Shown here: in pieces, positions 24,966 through 37,800 of the stretch
How the letters are laid out: the number at the start of each line of letters is the position of its first letter
Position numbering within the stretch: the first letter of the stretch is position 1
Origin: Mytilus edulis
Lineage: Eukaryota
Length of the DNA: 64,000 bases
NCBI RefSeq assembly: GCF_963676685.1
Contig: NC_092344.1
Span: 66,464,001 to 66,528,000, forward strand
Reading direction: 5' to 3'
Translations under genes and position numbers: made by a program
Notes under the pieces: model-generated
Databases searched by the model: none
What the model was told of the DNA's origin: nothing
Seen by the model: the letters and a program-made list of their open reading frames with translations, nothing else

Positions 24966-27900
24966 TTAGACTAAAGTTATACCCTTCATATACTGAACTA
25001 ACATTGATGGGACTAAACTAATGCTGACTCTCATATGTAAATGTAGAAATTATTATCGCCTCAAATATCTGGACTAAAGTTCCTTAAAAAGTGCTTGAGT
25101 TAAGTACATATTCCTCACATGCTATGGACTAAATTATACCCCTCACTGTTGAAGAACTTGACTTACATTGATTCTACAAGAATAACTATATATAGTTAAA
25201 TGTATTCCTTCCCATTTACTGGCTTAAAGTTTTTCCTCCCTTACATCCCTCAATTTTGTGGACCTCCTCTGAGATATCCCATGCCATAAAATTGAGAATG
25301 GAACCCATGGAGAAGGTGTTGAAGAGGCAACAACTCGACCAAAGAGCAGAACACAGCCCTGAAGGCCACTTATTGGTCTTCAACACAGCATCTCACATGT
25401 ACTAACTATAGTAATTCTGTCAGAAGCCCTCATATAATGTAATGTAAAGATAATGCCCCCACTTGTAAGCAGGTCTACCATTAACCATGAGACCCTCTGG
25501 ATAAATCTAATCCCCAAAATGGTGCTGGATCAAAGTTATAAGATTGTTGTAGTATTGAGTAAAATTATTCCCTCACATGTAATGGGCTACAGTTAATCCA
25601 TCGAACACACTCGATCAATGTAATCCTCTTACTGGTAGTGAATCAAAGTTATCATATATTATTCTGTAAAGTCATAATTTTTTGGAGTTTAAATTACATA
25701 ATTTCTTGGGTCAAACCTGTTGGAAAGGATTTATTTTTACGCTTTTATTGTCCCAGATTAGATAACCTCCTTAAATATCGAATTTACATAATGGGATATT
25801 TTCAAGATTTTATCAAGATCGAGAAATTAGTGAAAATAAATCCCTCTTGAAAATTTAGAAACATTTGAAGTATTCTGTATACAGGTTTGAAATGTCGGCC
25901 AGTAATATTCATCAATGACATTATGTTTTTTTATAAACAGGACAACTTAGGCCACAATGATGCTGTAAGGTTAACATAAACTGAACATAACTCATCAATC
26001 TGTATTAGCCGTTTATTTCCTGTTATATTCTGTTGGGTCGAACATTGAAAAAAGTAGAAATTCAATTTATAAAGAATCATTTTCTTCTCTTTTCAATGCT
26101 AACTTTTGTTCCAATGGTGCATTTCCTCTCGGTTTTATTGGTAAAAATGTAATCAAATCGGAATTGATCAAAATTAATTATTTCTGGAAATGAGATAAAT
26201 CTCATTTTTGTTTTTGGGAGTCAGTTAAAATGTCCAAATAATCAATTTTTATGTACAATTAATTAAGATTATTTCAGTATAGTGAATCGTTGAAATGATG
26301 CTGTACAGCGTCTTGATAAGTGAGGTGACCGAGCCGATGTCAGAGTAAATTAGTTTTTTCGATGCAAACTTTATCCATATCCCTTGGAAAATTCTGCATT
26401 AATTGATGCATCTTCCTTTAGAATGAGAATGACATCATTTTCCCTAGCTTAACTCTGTTGCTTCTGCAGATACGGCTTCGATATAATCATCAAGTGGTTT
26501 TATCGTCCATGATGAATGGTCCCAGCAATCAGTATGTCCTTTTAATCAAGCGTACTGGGAAAATCTTTTCTGGAAGTGAAGTCTTTATGACCAAGTGTAC
26601 TTATATGTACATGTCTTTCACGATTAATGTTGCATGTTTTAACACGAAGTGACATTAAATTCTTTGATTGGTGTTTCTTTGGAATTAAATTCATTGACTC
26701 AGAACATGTGATGCAGTAGAAAAGTGTAAAATCGACAGCTCTACAACTAATGCTGTAATTCCTCGCCTTTTTAACTTGCCATTAGTTTATGCCTCAGATC
26801 TTCATCGTAATGCTGTTCAATTTTGTTATATAGAATTAGACGAAGAGATGGTTCTTCAGCCACTTTTCTTTATAGTTTGTAAAGACTTTTCCACTATGAT
26901 TGTTACTTAGAAATATTGTAGAGTGGTAATTTTAAATAGCACAATCAATGTTAGAATAGTAAGATTGATTCTTAGCCAAAGTTCTTCGCTACTTTAATTA
27001 TAAAGATACAATTTGTTTTAACGTTTAATTGAATGATTTTTTTTTTTAGTTTATTACATTTGTTGTAATTAATTGAGAAGAAAACCACAAACAAGCAAAA
27101 TCATGAGAAAATTAAAAACAACAACTTCAAAACAAGTTGAAATTGAAAAAAGAAGTTTTTCTTTTTTTAAAGTTAAAATTTCTAATGAACAAGGAAAGCA
27201 ACAATTTAATTAGTTTCCTTTTGATTTAGATCTTTTCCATCAAGACAATTTATTTCTGAAGTTTGTTCTTAAGATAAGATTTATATCAAGATTTTAACAC
27301 AATTATTTTTGGTGTTATATTTGAAGGTTTAAAAGAAATGCATGTATGGGTATAAACATCGATGTGACAGCAACCAAACAAGACACAAAAAACAACAACT
27401 TCATAATTATGTTAGTCTTTAAATTTTTTCCTGGAATTCTAAATTTCTATAACACATGTATGTTTTCATCTTTGATTTGTTCTTGTTCTCTCAAAGAGAG
27501 ATTTGTTACAAATTTAGATAACCCTAACAGTTGAAACAGTACTTTTCTTATTTGGATCAGTAAGTGTTGCAGATTTCACTAAAGGCTTTTCAAATTGGTA
27601 AAAGTTCTAGTGAAATATTTGACCAGGTGAGGATTTCTTTTAAATGGCATTTCGGTCACGATCCAGTTCATTTTTAGTGTCAGAAGTTGACTTTTTCAAT
27701 GTCAGAATTACTATATTATTTATACAAAATTGTAATGTTTTCTTGGACAAAGGGCAAGGTTACTTAATTTGGTTACTTTTTTTTTACCGTTATAAGCATG
27801 GTTATGAATCACTACAATGTAAACAATACTGCAGTAAAAGTCACCTTAAGTCCTTAAAAAGTTCTTCATTTAATATTATTTAATTGTCTTATTACACAAA

Positions 27901-30900
27901 TGTCAAACACATAAACAATTTGAAAGATACAACCTTGGCTTCTGTTCTGAAGTACTCCTAGATGTCAGCCACTTTAATTTACAACCAATCTGGAAACATT
28001 ATTAAAGTCAGTTAGACTCATTTTTTTCCTAATTTGATCTGATTCTGTATGTATAAATAACATACATGTAATTTATTAGAAAACACATCATGTATTTATG
28101 AGTCATGTTTTAAAGCATGGAAAGTTTGAAATTAGACCTTGGGACTTTTTGATGTGGTCTCTATCTTACATTAGGTTTTCCTATTGCTCCTTGCTTCCAG
28201 GAATTATAAGAAAAACTAAAACATAGGTGACACATGAACTTTTATCAACTTCTTGAATGTTTTAAAAAATGTTGAAACTGAAACTGTTAAGAAGGAACAA
28301 AGTGGGTAAATCAAAGTTACCTAAGCGTTACCTGAATCATGATGTTTAATTGCAATAATCAATCTCAACCTTTATGTGTCTCTTTTAATAAGATTACCCA
28401 GAACGCATTATATACTGAAACATCAAACTTAAGTAACCATGTGGCAGGGACAAAGGTATTTGTTATGTAATCATGTGTTAACATTGCGATAGTCGATGTC
28501 ATATCCTAATGAAATTTCCTGTGAATGAATGCACAAGTGTTTGTGTCAATTAATTTTGATGCAAAACATGGCTACTGAAAACCAAGGCTAAGTAGCATTA
28601 TCAAAGTTACTGTGATGACAGAGGAGAGAGCCAAAATATGTTGGTAATAGGTCCAGTGTTAAAGGCTTATAAATTGGATGTGGCTAGTTTGTCTGGCTAA
28701 TCGGAAGAAAAGTTCTAGGACTATTTGTCTGACCATTATTCAATGAGCATGTCACTTTATCACCATGTGTGTGCATGCATGTAATATTATCTTCAGCAGC
28801 ACCAAAGGATGTTGCAATCATTTCTTAGAATGAACTTAAATAGATATCAAACTTTATAAAAGGGACTCGTTAGGACAACAGAAATCGCAAATCATGATAT
28901 TCTTGAAGACATCTGAATTATTTAATTTTGGTATTGAATGATTGAAAGCATTGTTTTTTGTACAAATACAATAATTTTGGCTTTAACGTGTTTAAGTTTG
29001 GAAAAAATGTGTTCATTAAGTAAGCATTGTCAAATTTGGGAAAAAAGACTAAATCAAACACCAAGTATACTGAGTGTTCCTATACTTTTTGTTAACATTC
29101 CTGATCAAACTTGTTTATAGCAGTAAAAAGTGCGCTGCAAGTTTCCTTTAACATTAATAAATAGCATTGTTGTATCGGAAATAAAATTTTCAAGTTGTTA
29201 CTGTTTTAAGACGAAGTTACTGGATTGCAATCTCTCCCTCTATGTTATCTCTTTCTAAAAATGTATTGTAAAGGAAATAAGTTAAAGATTATGATGTATA
29301 TTTAGAGTAAACTCAAACAGTTTTCCCTGTGATATTTCCTCTTCTGTAACACATGGAGGAAGCCTAGTTTTGTTCAGTTATTATTATTAATCCTCTTTCT
29401 CTTCAGTCATTTTCACAAAATAGTCCTACACCACTGAATATTTTGCTAGCTGGAAAATAGTCACAGCACTTAAAATTCTTCTTTTTAACTGGACAATTAG
29501 TTCCAGTACTATTTAATGGGCTAGACAGAAACTATACTAATCTAAGTTGTTTGCTGAAAATGGCATTGGTTAAGAATTAATCTATTCATGAAAAAAAAAA
29601 GTTTAAAAAAAATAAAATAAGTTGAAAAATGTTTAATATAAAAATTGTAAGATTATAATAGAGAGTATAGATGTCTCAAAAAAAAGTTATTAAGGGAAGT
29701 CTTTGATCAGTTTTGAAGTTTGTTTGAATTTGACTTAGGTTAAGTAAAACAGTGGACTAAATTTAATAAAATGTTATTAAAACCAAGCAAAACACATGTT
29801 TATAGACAGATTTTGATGAAATTTAAGTCATTGATATGAAGCCCAAGTGTATTTAAAGGAGAATAATAGATAGCTGACACTGTTATAAATCCTTGAATTA
29901 CATTTGTTTTATTAATGAAAATTTGTCACCAATTCTTCATATCTAACCAAATAACATTTGTGGTCCTGTTTTATGGTGTGTGAGATTTTTTTAATGATTT
30001 TCAGAAGTCATAATGACAAACCTGAGACACCTAGATCACAATACAAGAAGTCGTCGATGTAATATTTAATCTTGATTAAATTTTTGAATTGTGTCAAGTT
30101 GACAAGGAAACAAAACCCTATACATGTCAAGAAATTATAAGATGTTTTGTAATTTCTTATATTCAATTGGTACTTTCCAAAATTAGAGCTATAATGGTGA
30201 AAGTCTTTATGGATTTAAACATTGGTTTCACTTGGTTTCTTTTCAATGAAGTTGTCAGAACTTATATTCTATAATGTCATACTACTTGAAAGAATGATAG
30301 ACATGAATGTTTGAATTAGGTTTTTTTTATAGATGGAAAATAATGTTGTGTAAAGGTTTTGTTAGAGAATTTGGGTTTTCCAAATATTTTTTTTTTATAA
30401 AAATATTTTTTTCCTAGTAGCAATCTTTACATCTTAATATTATTTAATAATTAACAATTTAAAGTTGAGAAAGATTTAGGGACTCCCCAAGAAGTTTGAA
30501 ATCTTTTTAAGAAAAGTTCATGGATTTGTAAGGTCTAAGGTTTTTGGTTATCTAATGTTGTTGTGTTGCTATCTTATTGACCTTTCACCTCCCGTCTGCT
30601 TTAATCGTACTTGAAATCATAAGACCCCTATCGTGTCATAATCTTAATAAGTCCTAGACTTGAGATTTTCACCGTATAAACTCAGCTACAAAACTGCTAT
30701 GAAAGGGATGTTTATTTTATAACATGCAGTATAATCAATATTACTAGCTCATATTTATACTTCATTAAAACACGATAAAAACATTACTATTTATTGATAA
30801 GTTCCAGGGAGGCTTCATTAACTGTAGTGATTAGTGATAGTGAGTTACTCATCCTGTCATTAAGAACCAGGGTCTTTTCTGATTGGTTGAGATAGTCCTG

Positions 30901-31412
30901 GTGTTCAAACAAAGATCCCCATCTTCCTTCTCATTTAAACAGATAGGATCTATTGTTTCATGATTCATGGTAGCAGCTTCCTTATCTGTTTCTCTTTTCT
31001 CTCTTTAAATGTTTTCTAGATGTTTACCATATTTCGGTACTTATGTCATTAAAGGATATGTTTATGTAAAGATAATGTAACTACTTGTTTGTGAATTTTG
31101 ATCAAATTTGGAAGATAAGTTTCAGTAATAGTAAATTATTTCTCCCTAGGGTGTCTGCTGCTGGTTTGTTTTTGTGATATATAGTATATAGACATAAAGA
31201 GCATTCATTTTGAAAACTGAATTCTCTCCCAGACAAAATGATATAGATGATTTATGTATTTGTGCTTTTGCTGTCAATTAAATGGATTTTGATTTTTTCA
31301 TTGATGTGGTTTTGCTTTAGAAACTGACAACATTTTTCAGACAATAGATTTTTTTTGTCTAGTCTCCTAGAATTGAGTTTCAAATGGGAACTGTTTCATA
31401 TATGCACCTGGT

Positions 31413-31603
31413 GTTACAGCTGATATCATTGAGTGTGTAGGCAAAGGTAATATCTTTGGTTAGCTTGCCTGCTAGCTAAACCATGAAGTCATTATTAGAT
31501 TAGTATACCTGACCTAACAATGACTTCACGTTTCAGCTAATAAGCAAGCTCACTAACCAAAGATATTACCTTTGCCTACACACTCAATGAAATCGGCTGT
31601 AAC
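31413..31603. mobile_element. Fully palindromic ~190-bp MITE
   Basis: Arms gttacagctgatatcattgagtgtgtaggcaaaggtaatatctttggttag... pair almost to the centre; TA-cagc...gctg-TA ends. Confidence 0.85.
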
Positions 31604-32957
31604 TATTTTTGAATAACCTAAATATTTTATACCCCCTCTTATCTTGGATGATGAAAATTGTATTGAGTAAATTTTTGATGTGACCTTGTCTTTTTAATCA
31701 TGACCTTGACCTCATGATTTTATTTCTTAGTAACAATAAATGATTTGCTCATAACTTTTTTCCTTGGTTTCTCATGGATAATAAGTTGTCCCATTGGCAA
31801 TCAAACAACATTTTTTAAAGATTGTTTTTAAGAGAGTATATTCATCTGTGATATATTATTTAGCCTTCATCTCAACTTTGACTCTCTAATGAATGTCACA
31901 TGATGACTTTGACAACTTCAAGCTGTAATTTGTTAGCTTTTGATAATACCTTATTTGAGTATGCAGCTATTAAATTATGCATACCAGATTGAATAAATTT
32001 TCTAAAATATATGAACATATGCACTATAAAGATTTTATTTCACCATGGATTTGACCTCAGTTTAAGAGTTCATTGCATTTTTTAAAACCTTCCAATATAT
32101 TGAAAGGGGAGATAATCTAGTGTGTGTCATGTCATACCTCTCCTGTAATCCAATGAATGTGTTCACTTATCATTGGAGTCTGAGATTATATCTTTTTTGT
32201 AGTTATTGTTTAACGTCAGGTGTTCTCTCAGTGGAACAATCAACTGTATTATGACATTCCTTCCCCGTTGGAGCCTCAAATGTTATGACAGCCTCTCATA
32301 TTTCTTTCCCCCAAAGTAACAATTTCGTTAAAGATGAATATTAATAACAGATCAGCTTTAAATGGAAGAAAACAATTTATTTTGTAGTTTCAAATTAAAA
32401 TAATGATTTAAGTTTGTGAAATTAAATAAATATCCTGTTGTAAATGAGAATTGTGCAATAGAGATGATTTAATCTTGTAGCAGAGGTATAATATATGATT
32501 GTTTATTGTAATTACAGAGTCTATAAAATACTTGTACCAAGGATTTTACCAACTTCATTATCATACCAAGAACTATGTCCCTTGTAAGAATCAATTTGGA
32601 AAATGAATGTCTCCGAGATCACTTTATTTATATAATACCTTGTTTGCACTAAAAACGTAAAAGTACAATTCTATACTAAATTAATTTTAAAAGTACTAGT
32701 TGTGTGGTAGGATATTTGTTTCAGAAGTACAACTAATTTGTAATGTAGTTGATGGTGTTTACTCTATTTTTTCCTGATATTTATATGATTAGGTTGATAT
32801 ACAGTCATATTGACTTATTAAATACAGTTTGAAGCTCTATAAATTATTCATAGAGAAAAACTGTTTTCTGTCATAAACATAAACAAATGATCTAATTTTT
32901 GTGACATTGTATGGCAATAACTTTAAGCATACAGCTTTATTTCTCACTAAGATTATA

Positions 32958-33165
32958 GGGTGCTTTGGTGGTTGACTGGTGTAAGTAGTCTAACTACTTT
33001 ATCAGTAGCCTGTCAACACCAAGGCAGGTACGTTTGACTCCAATCTTAATTGACTTGATTGTCAGTTTTCCTGCTGGAGGACAGTGGTTTCTTCAGGCAC
33101 TGCCAAGAATCCTGCTCCAATAAAAACTGACTGCCAGGAAATAGCATAGTAGTGCTGAAAGTTAC
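32958..33165 (+). mobile_element. Older copy of the V-domain-like SINE
   Basis: Aligns to 19361-19381 joined to 19543-19750. A further 3' fragment lies at ~51325-51440. Confidence 0.65.
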
Positions 33166-33314
33166 TTTGTTAGAACTTTTCAAATGAAGAAAGCATAAAA
33201 TTAAGAGGTCCTTTGAAATGGCAAATTTTTCATAGACCACAAATATTGATAATAGCATAAAATGCATTAATCTGCACTTAAAAGCCACGAGTTATGGCAA
33301 CCTTATTAATATAT

Positions 33315-34072
33315 GTCACCTTTAGTCGAAAGTTTCAATAATAGAGATCACCCTAATATAATCTAAAGTTTCAGTAATCAAGATCAACATGAGTTCAGAG
33401 TTTAAGTAATAGAGATCACCCTCAGTCCAAAGTTTAAGTAATAGAGATCACCCTCATTCCAAAGTTTAAGTAATAGAGATCACCCTCAGTCCAAAGTTTA
33501 AGTAATAGAGATCACCCTCAGTCCAAAGTTTAAGTAATAGAGATCACCCTCAGTCCAAAGTTTAAGTAATAGAGATCACCCTCAGTCCAAAGTTTAAGTA
33601 ATAGAGATCACCCTCAGTCCAAAGTTTCAGTAATAGAGATCACCCTCAGTCCAAAGTTTCAGTAATAGAGATCACCTTTTAAGTCCAAAGTTTCAGTAAT
33701 AGAGATCACCTTTTAAGTCCAAAGTTTCAGTAATAGAGATCACCCTCAGTCCAAAGTTTCAGTAATAGAGATCACCTTTTAAGTCCAAAGTTTCAGGAAT
33801 AGAGATCACCCTCAGTCCAAAGTTTCAGTAATAGAGATCACCCTCAGTCCAAAGTTTAAGTAATAGAGATCACCCTCAGTCCAAAGTTTAAGTAATAGAG
33901 ATCACCCTCAGTCCAAAGTTTAAGTAATAGAGATCACCCTCAGTCCAAAGTTTCAGTAATAGAGATCACCCTCAGTCCAAAGTTTAAGTAATAGAGATCA
34001 CCCTCAGTCCAAAGTTTAAGTAATAGAGATCACCTTTTAAGTCCAAAGTTTCAGGAATAGAGATCACCTTTA
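33315..34072. repeat. 32-bp minisatellite (agtccaaagtttaagtaatagagatcaccctc), about 23 units with 34-bp variants
   Basis: Highly homogeneous tandem array with degenerate units at the left edge. Confidence 0.95.
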
Positions 34073-34782
34073 GCAACTGCCTACAGTCAAAGAAAACTTT
34101 TATAGGCAGAGAAAATGTTCAATATGTTGTTGAGATAGCTTGCATGTCAGAACACCATAAAATCTCAGACTTATGTCTCCTAATCTGTTAATTAGCTATA
34201 AGAAGATATGATACATTATTAAGATGCAAGAGATCTGTTTATATGGTAATAAGAACACGAGATGGGTTTTTTTTTCCTGCAGGAAATCCAATAGGAATCC
34301 AATAGAATTTACATTAAGCAGCTTTTAAAACTCATTCAATGTATCAAAGAGGTTAAAAGCATTCAAATGCCAAATTGTAAAAGAAGGCCTTTTATGTGTT
34401 TGTGATACAGTAAAGATATAATTTTATATGAGTGGTGTTTTATGATTGCTAATAAGACAAAGACAAGGATGAAATAACCATAGATAATAGATGCCTAATA
34501 CTGTGATTTCCATTTGTTATGGTCTTTAAAGGCTTTATGTAGATATTACAATAACAGTTGTTTGAGTATATAACAAATGAATTTAACAGCATAATTTGCA
34601 TTCTTCACTACTTGATTTATTGTACTACTCTTCTTTATTTCAGAAAGGGCAGTGTTTAAATTGTAAGATGAAATGGATGGTTTGTTATGTAATGCTGTAT
34701 ATGACACTTTATTTTGAATTGAAAAATGAATTAACTCTAAATAATGTTTATATAAAATTTTATATTTTTTTTTATTTTCCAG

Positions 34783-34883
34783 ATATACAAGTTGGCATTA
34801 CAAGACTGTAGCCAGTATAAAAGTTGTGGTGAATGCAGAGGGGCAAATGATCCATTCTGTGGCTGGTGTTCTTTGGAAGACAA
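34783..34883 (+). CDS. Plexin exon: start of PSI-1 (IYKLALQDCSQYKSCGECRGANDPFCGWCSLED)
   Basis: Pyrimidine tract ttttattttccAG acceptor, GTAAGT donor at 34884; C..C..C....DP.CGWC motif; phase 0 in, phase 2 out. Confidence 0.95.
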
Positions 34884-37800
34884 GTAAGTTTAGACAAGTG
34901 CTCCTTAATTGGTATATCCGTTTTCCCTTCTCTGGACCAATATAACCAGTTTCCCCCCCCCAGTATGGTTCTTTTTACAAATTTAATTAGATTCTAACTA
35001 AGTTAATGATTTTATTCTCCTTTCCACCATTTTAATGAATGTTACCTTGTCTTCAAAACAATTTCCAAATAATTCCTCATTGTTGGAGCACCCCTCTGTC
35101 CTTGATTTTTACTTGGTTAATGTATCCAACTGCTTAATTCAGCCTCTACGAAAATTGTGAATACAATCAAATTCTAAAACTGTTACATTATTATGTAATT
35201 CTTAATTCTTATGTAATATTGCAGATAAAAGATTTATTTTTAATAACAATATTGCAGATAAAAGATTTATTTTTAATAACAATATTGCAGATAAAAGATT
35301 TATTCTTATGTAATATCGTGGATAAAGATTAAACTCATAATTTTACATTTATGTATATTATTCGTGGTGATCTTTAACTCATAATTCTTTTATTTATGCA
35401 TATTATTGACGTTGATCTAAACAAAGTTAATGATTGTTGTCAACCTTTATACGGAAGTGTCAAAATTGTCGAATTTTTAATCTGACGTCTTATATATGTT
35501 TTACCATATCATTAACATACCAGGTAATTTAACATCCAATACAGGTGCTTTATTAAGATGAGTGATTATTCGGTGACTTTATAAATAAATCAGAATAATA
35601 TAAAACATTCTAGATGCCTGCAGCTACTGTTACAATTTCTATTGTGTAATGTTGTGCACATTCCTGGCGTGGAAGATTTAATTGAATTAAATTACAAAAA
35701 AGGATTAAACGATTTTTAAAGATTTGAGTTACTAATCCAATTAATTAAGTAATAAGGATAGCTGTTAATCTTTGTTAATAGCTGTTGGAATGCTCAATAC
35801 ACATTTCACAGCGACATTTTGGGATTGGCTCGGTCAAATATTCAATGCTCTGCCAGATAACTCTCCGTCATCTTTGTGTTTTAAGTCCTATTTATAGTTC
35901 TTCTGTAATGAAAAAGATTGACCGCACTTAATGCTATGAGCAACTATTAAAGGTAGAGACTCTGTTTTGTAAAAATTGACTACTCTTAAGGCTATGTATG
36001 AACAACTATTAGAAATAAAGTTTCTGTTTTATAAAAGATTGGCAACCCTTATTATATGGGAAGCTATGAGAAACTATAACAAAGGAAAAACAAGAAATTT
36101 AGTAAAATTTGACACAAACAAATATTGGTAATCCTAATTCGCTGTTTCAGAATGTAATGCATCCTGGGTAATATTTCCCAAAACGTACACCAAAACGTTG
36201 TGATTGGTTTACAACGTGATAAACAAAGGAAATTCAACCAATGACGTAACGTTATTTTCATTTTGGGGTACAAACAATGAGATTACCCATAGTCCTTTAG
36301 ATTCTGAAAAGGCGAATTGCTTACAAACTGGCATATATCCTGCACCGTGCCTATACTGTATGAACACCCCAAATATGAATAAAAGAGTTTAAAAGTCAGT
36401 TGTTCAAAGACTTAAGGGTTGTATTTTTCCTAAAGTTTGAGATTTAGGATTGTGATTTATGTGCAAATAAACAAAAATGATTTTAAGAACATTTAACATC
36501 TTGGATTTTTCAGAAACTTTAATTAGTATTGCTTATTTATTAATTGCCTCATTTCAAGATGCTGTAGAAAACTTTCACCTTCCTTGCAGAAAGCTACAGA
36601 AGTAATGACCTATGTGCGTTAGACTTATAACTTGACTTGTCAGAGTTGTTGCATAGTTTCCAACTCTCTCCGTGATGTTCTATTCTCCCTGGATAGTCAA
36701 TTATAATAATTATGGAAATTTGGTTAGGATATTTTCCATTAAACTGACTCATTTCTCATAGGAGTACATACTTTAACTTTTGTTCAGTTCAATGCCATCT
36801 TAACCAATTGCTATAATTGCCCAATATAATATAGCAGCGTAAGAATTTTCCGTGTATATCGTAATGAACAATCGTTGGATACAGGACTTGTATAAAGTTT
36901 GACAGAACATATAAATTACTTTGCAGACCGATATTGAATATTCCGAGCTTTCCTCTTTTATTTGGTAGAAATTATTTGATGAATAGTCATGGGTATTTCG
37001 AACGTCTTTTGAGAAAAGAAGAATGAAAGATGTAATCAATATTACTGTTACCCTGATGATACATTAATCTGGTTCCTGGTCTAGGCATTTATAGCCATTA
37101 TCTGTCTCCTGGAAACTATCTTGTGAAGAATATTTTATAGAAGTTGAAAATAACATTGAAATATAGCTCTGCATTTTTTTTTATAGAAACATTAGAATAC
37201 TAAAAAGTTATTTTAGATTTTCTTTTTCCATTTCAATAAGTTATGTTCACTGAATGATTTTTATACATTTTGCAGACTTTAATTATTGTTTTTTAGGATG
37301 AAACAGAGATTTTAGTCAATGTTTTTAAATTGTTGGGTTGTTGCCATTAATATCAGGAATTAAGGAAATAACACATTTGATGGGCCTTTTGATTTCTATT
37401 CAGTCAGATTTCGTCAGATCTTAATCGCATTTACATTGTTAGCTTTTCAATCATTTCTGCATTACATAGGAAAAACAAAAACAAACTCTGAAAAACACTG
37501 TTTTATTTTTACTTAGATAGTTTTGGCAAACTCATCATTTAGTGTAACTAGGTATACTCACTTCCTGAATTGAGGCTTTAAACTTTTTTTTAAACATTTT
37601 ATGTTAAATTTAGGTAAACATTAATGCATTGATTCTTTTACTTTTTTATAGTTTTTGTCAACAGATATTTACACAGCTTCCAAGTCACAAAAGACTGCTT
37701 GACAAACAAGAAAAAATGACTTTTTCAGTTGAATTTCAGCTTTCATATTTACCATTTGATATAGTGTTATACATGTACATGATATAGGACATTCACATTT

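Noticed and set aside
33315-34072. CRISPR-like regular array
   Set aside because: The units are directly adjacent with no unique spacers, there are no cas genes, and the context is a eukaryotic intron.
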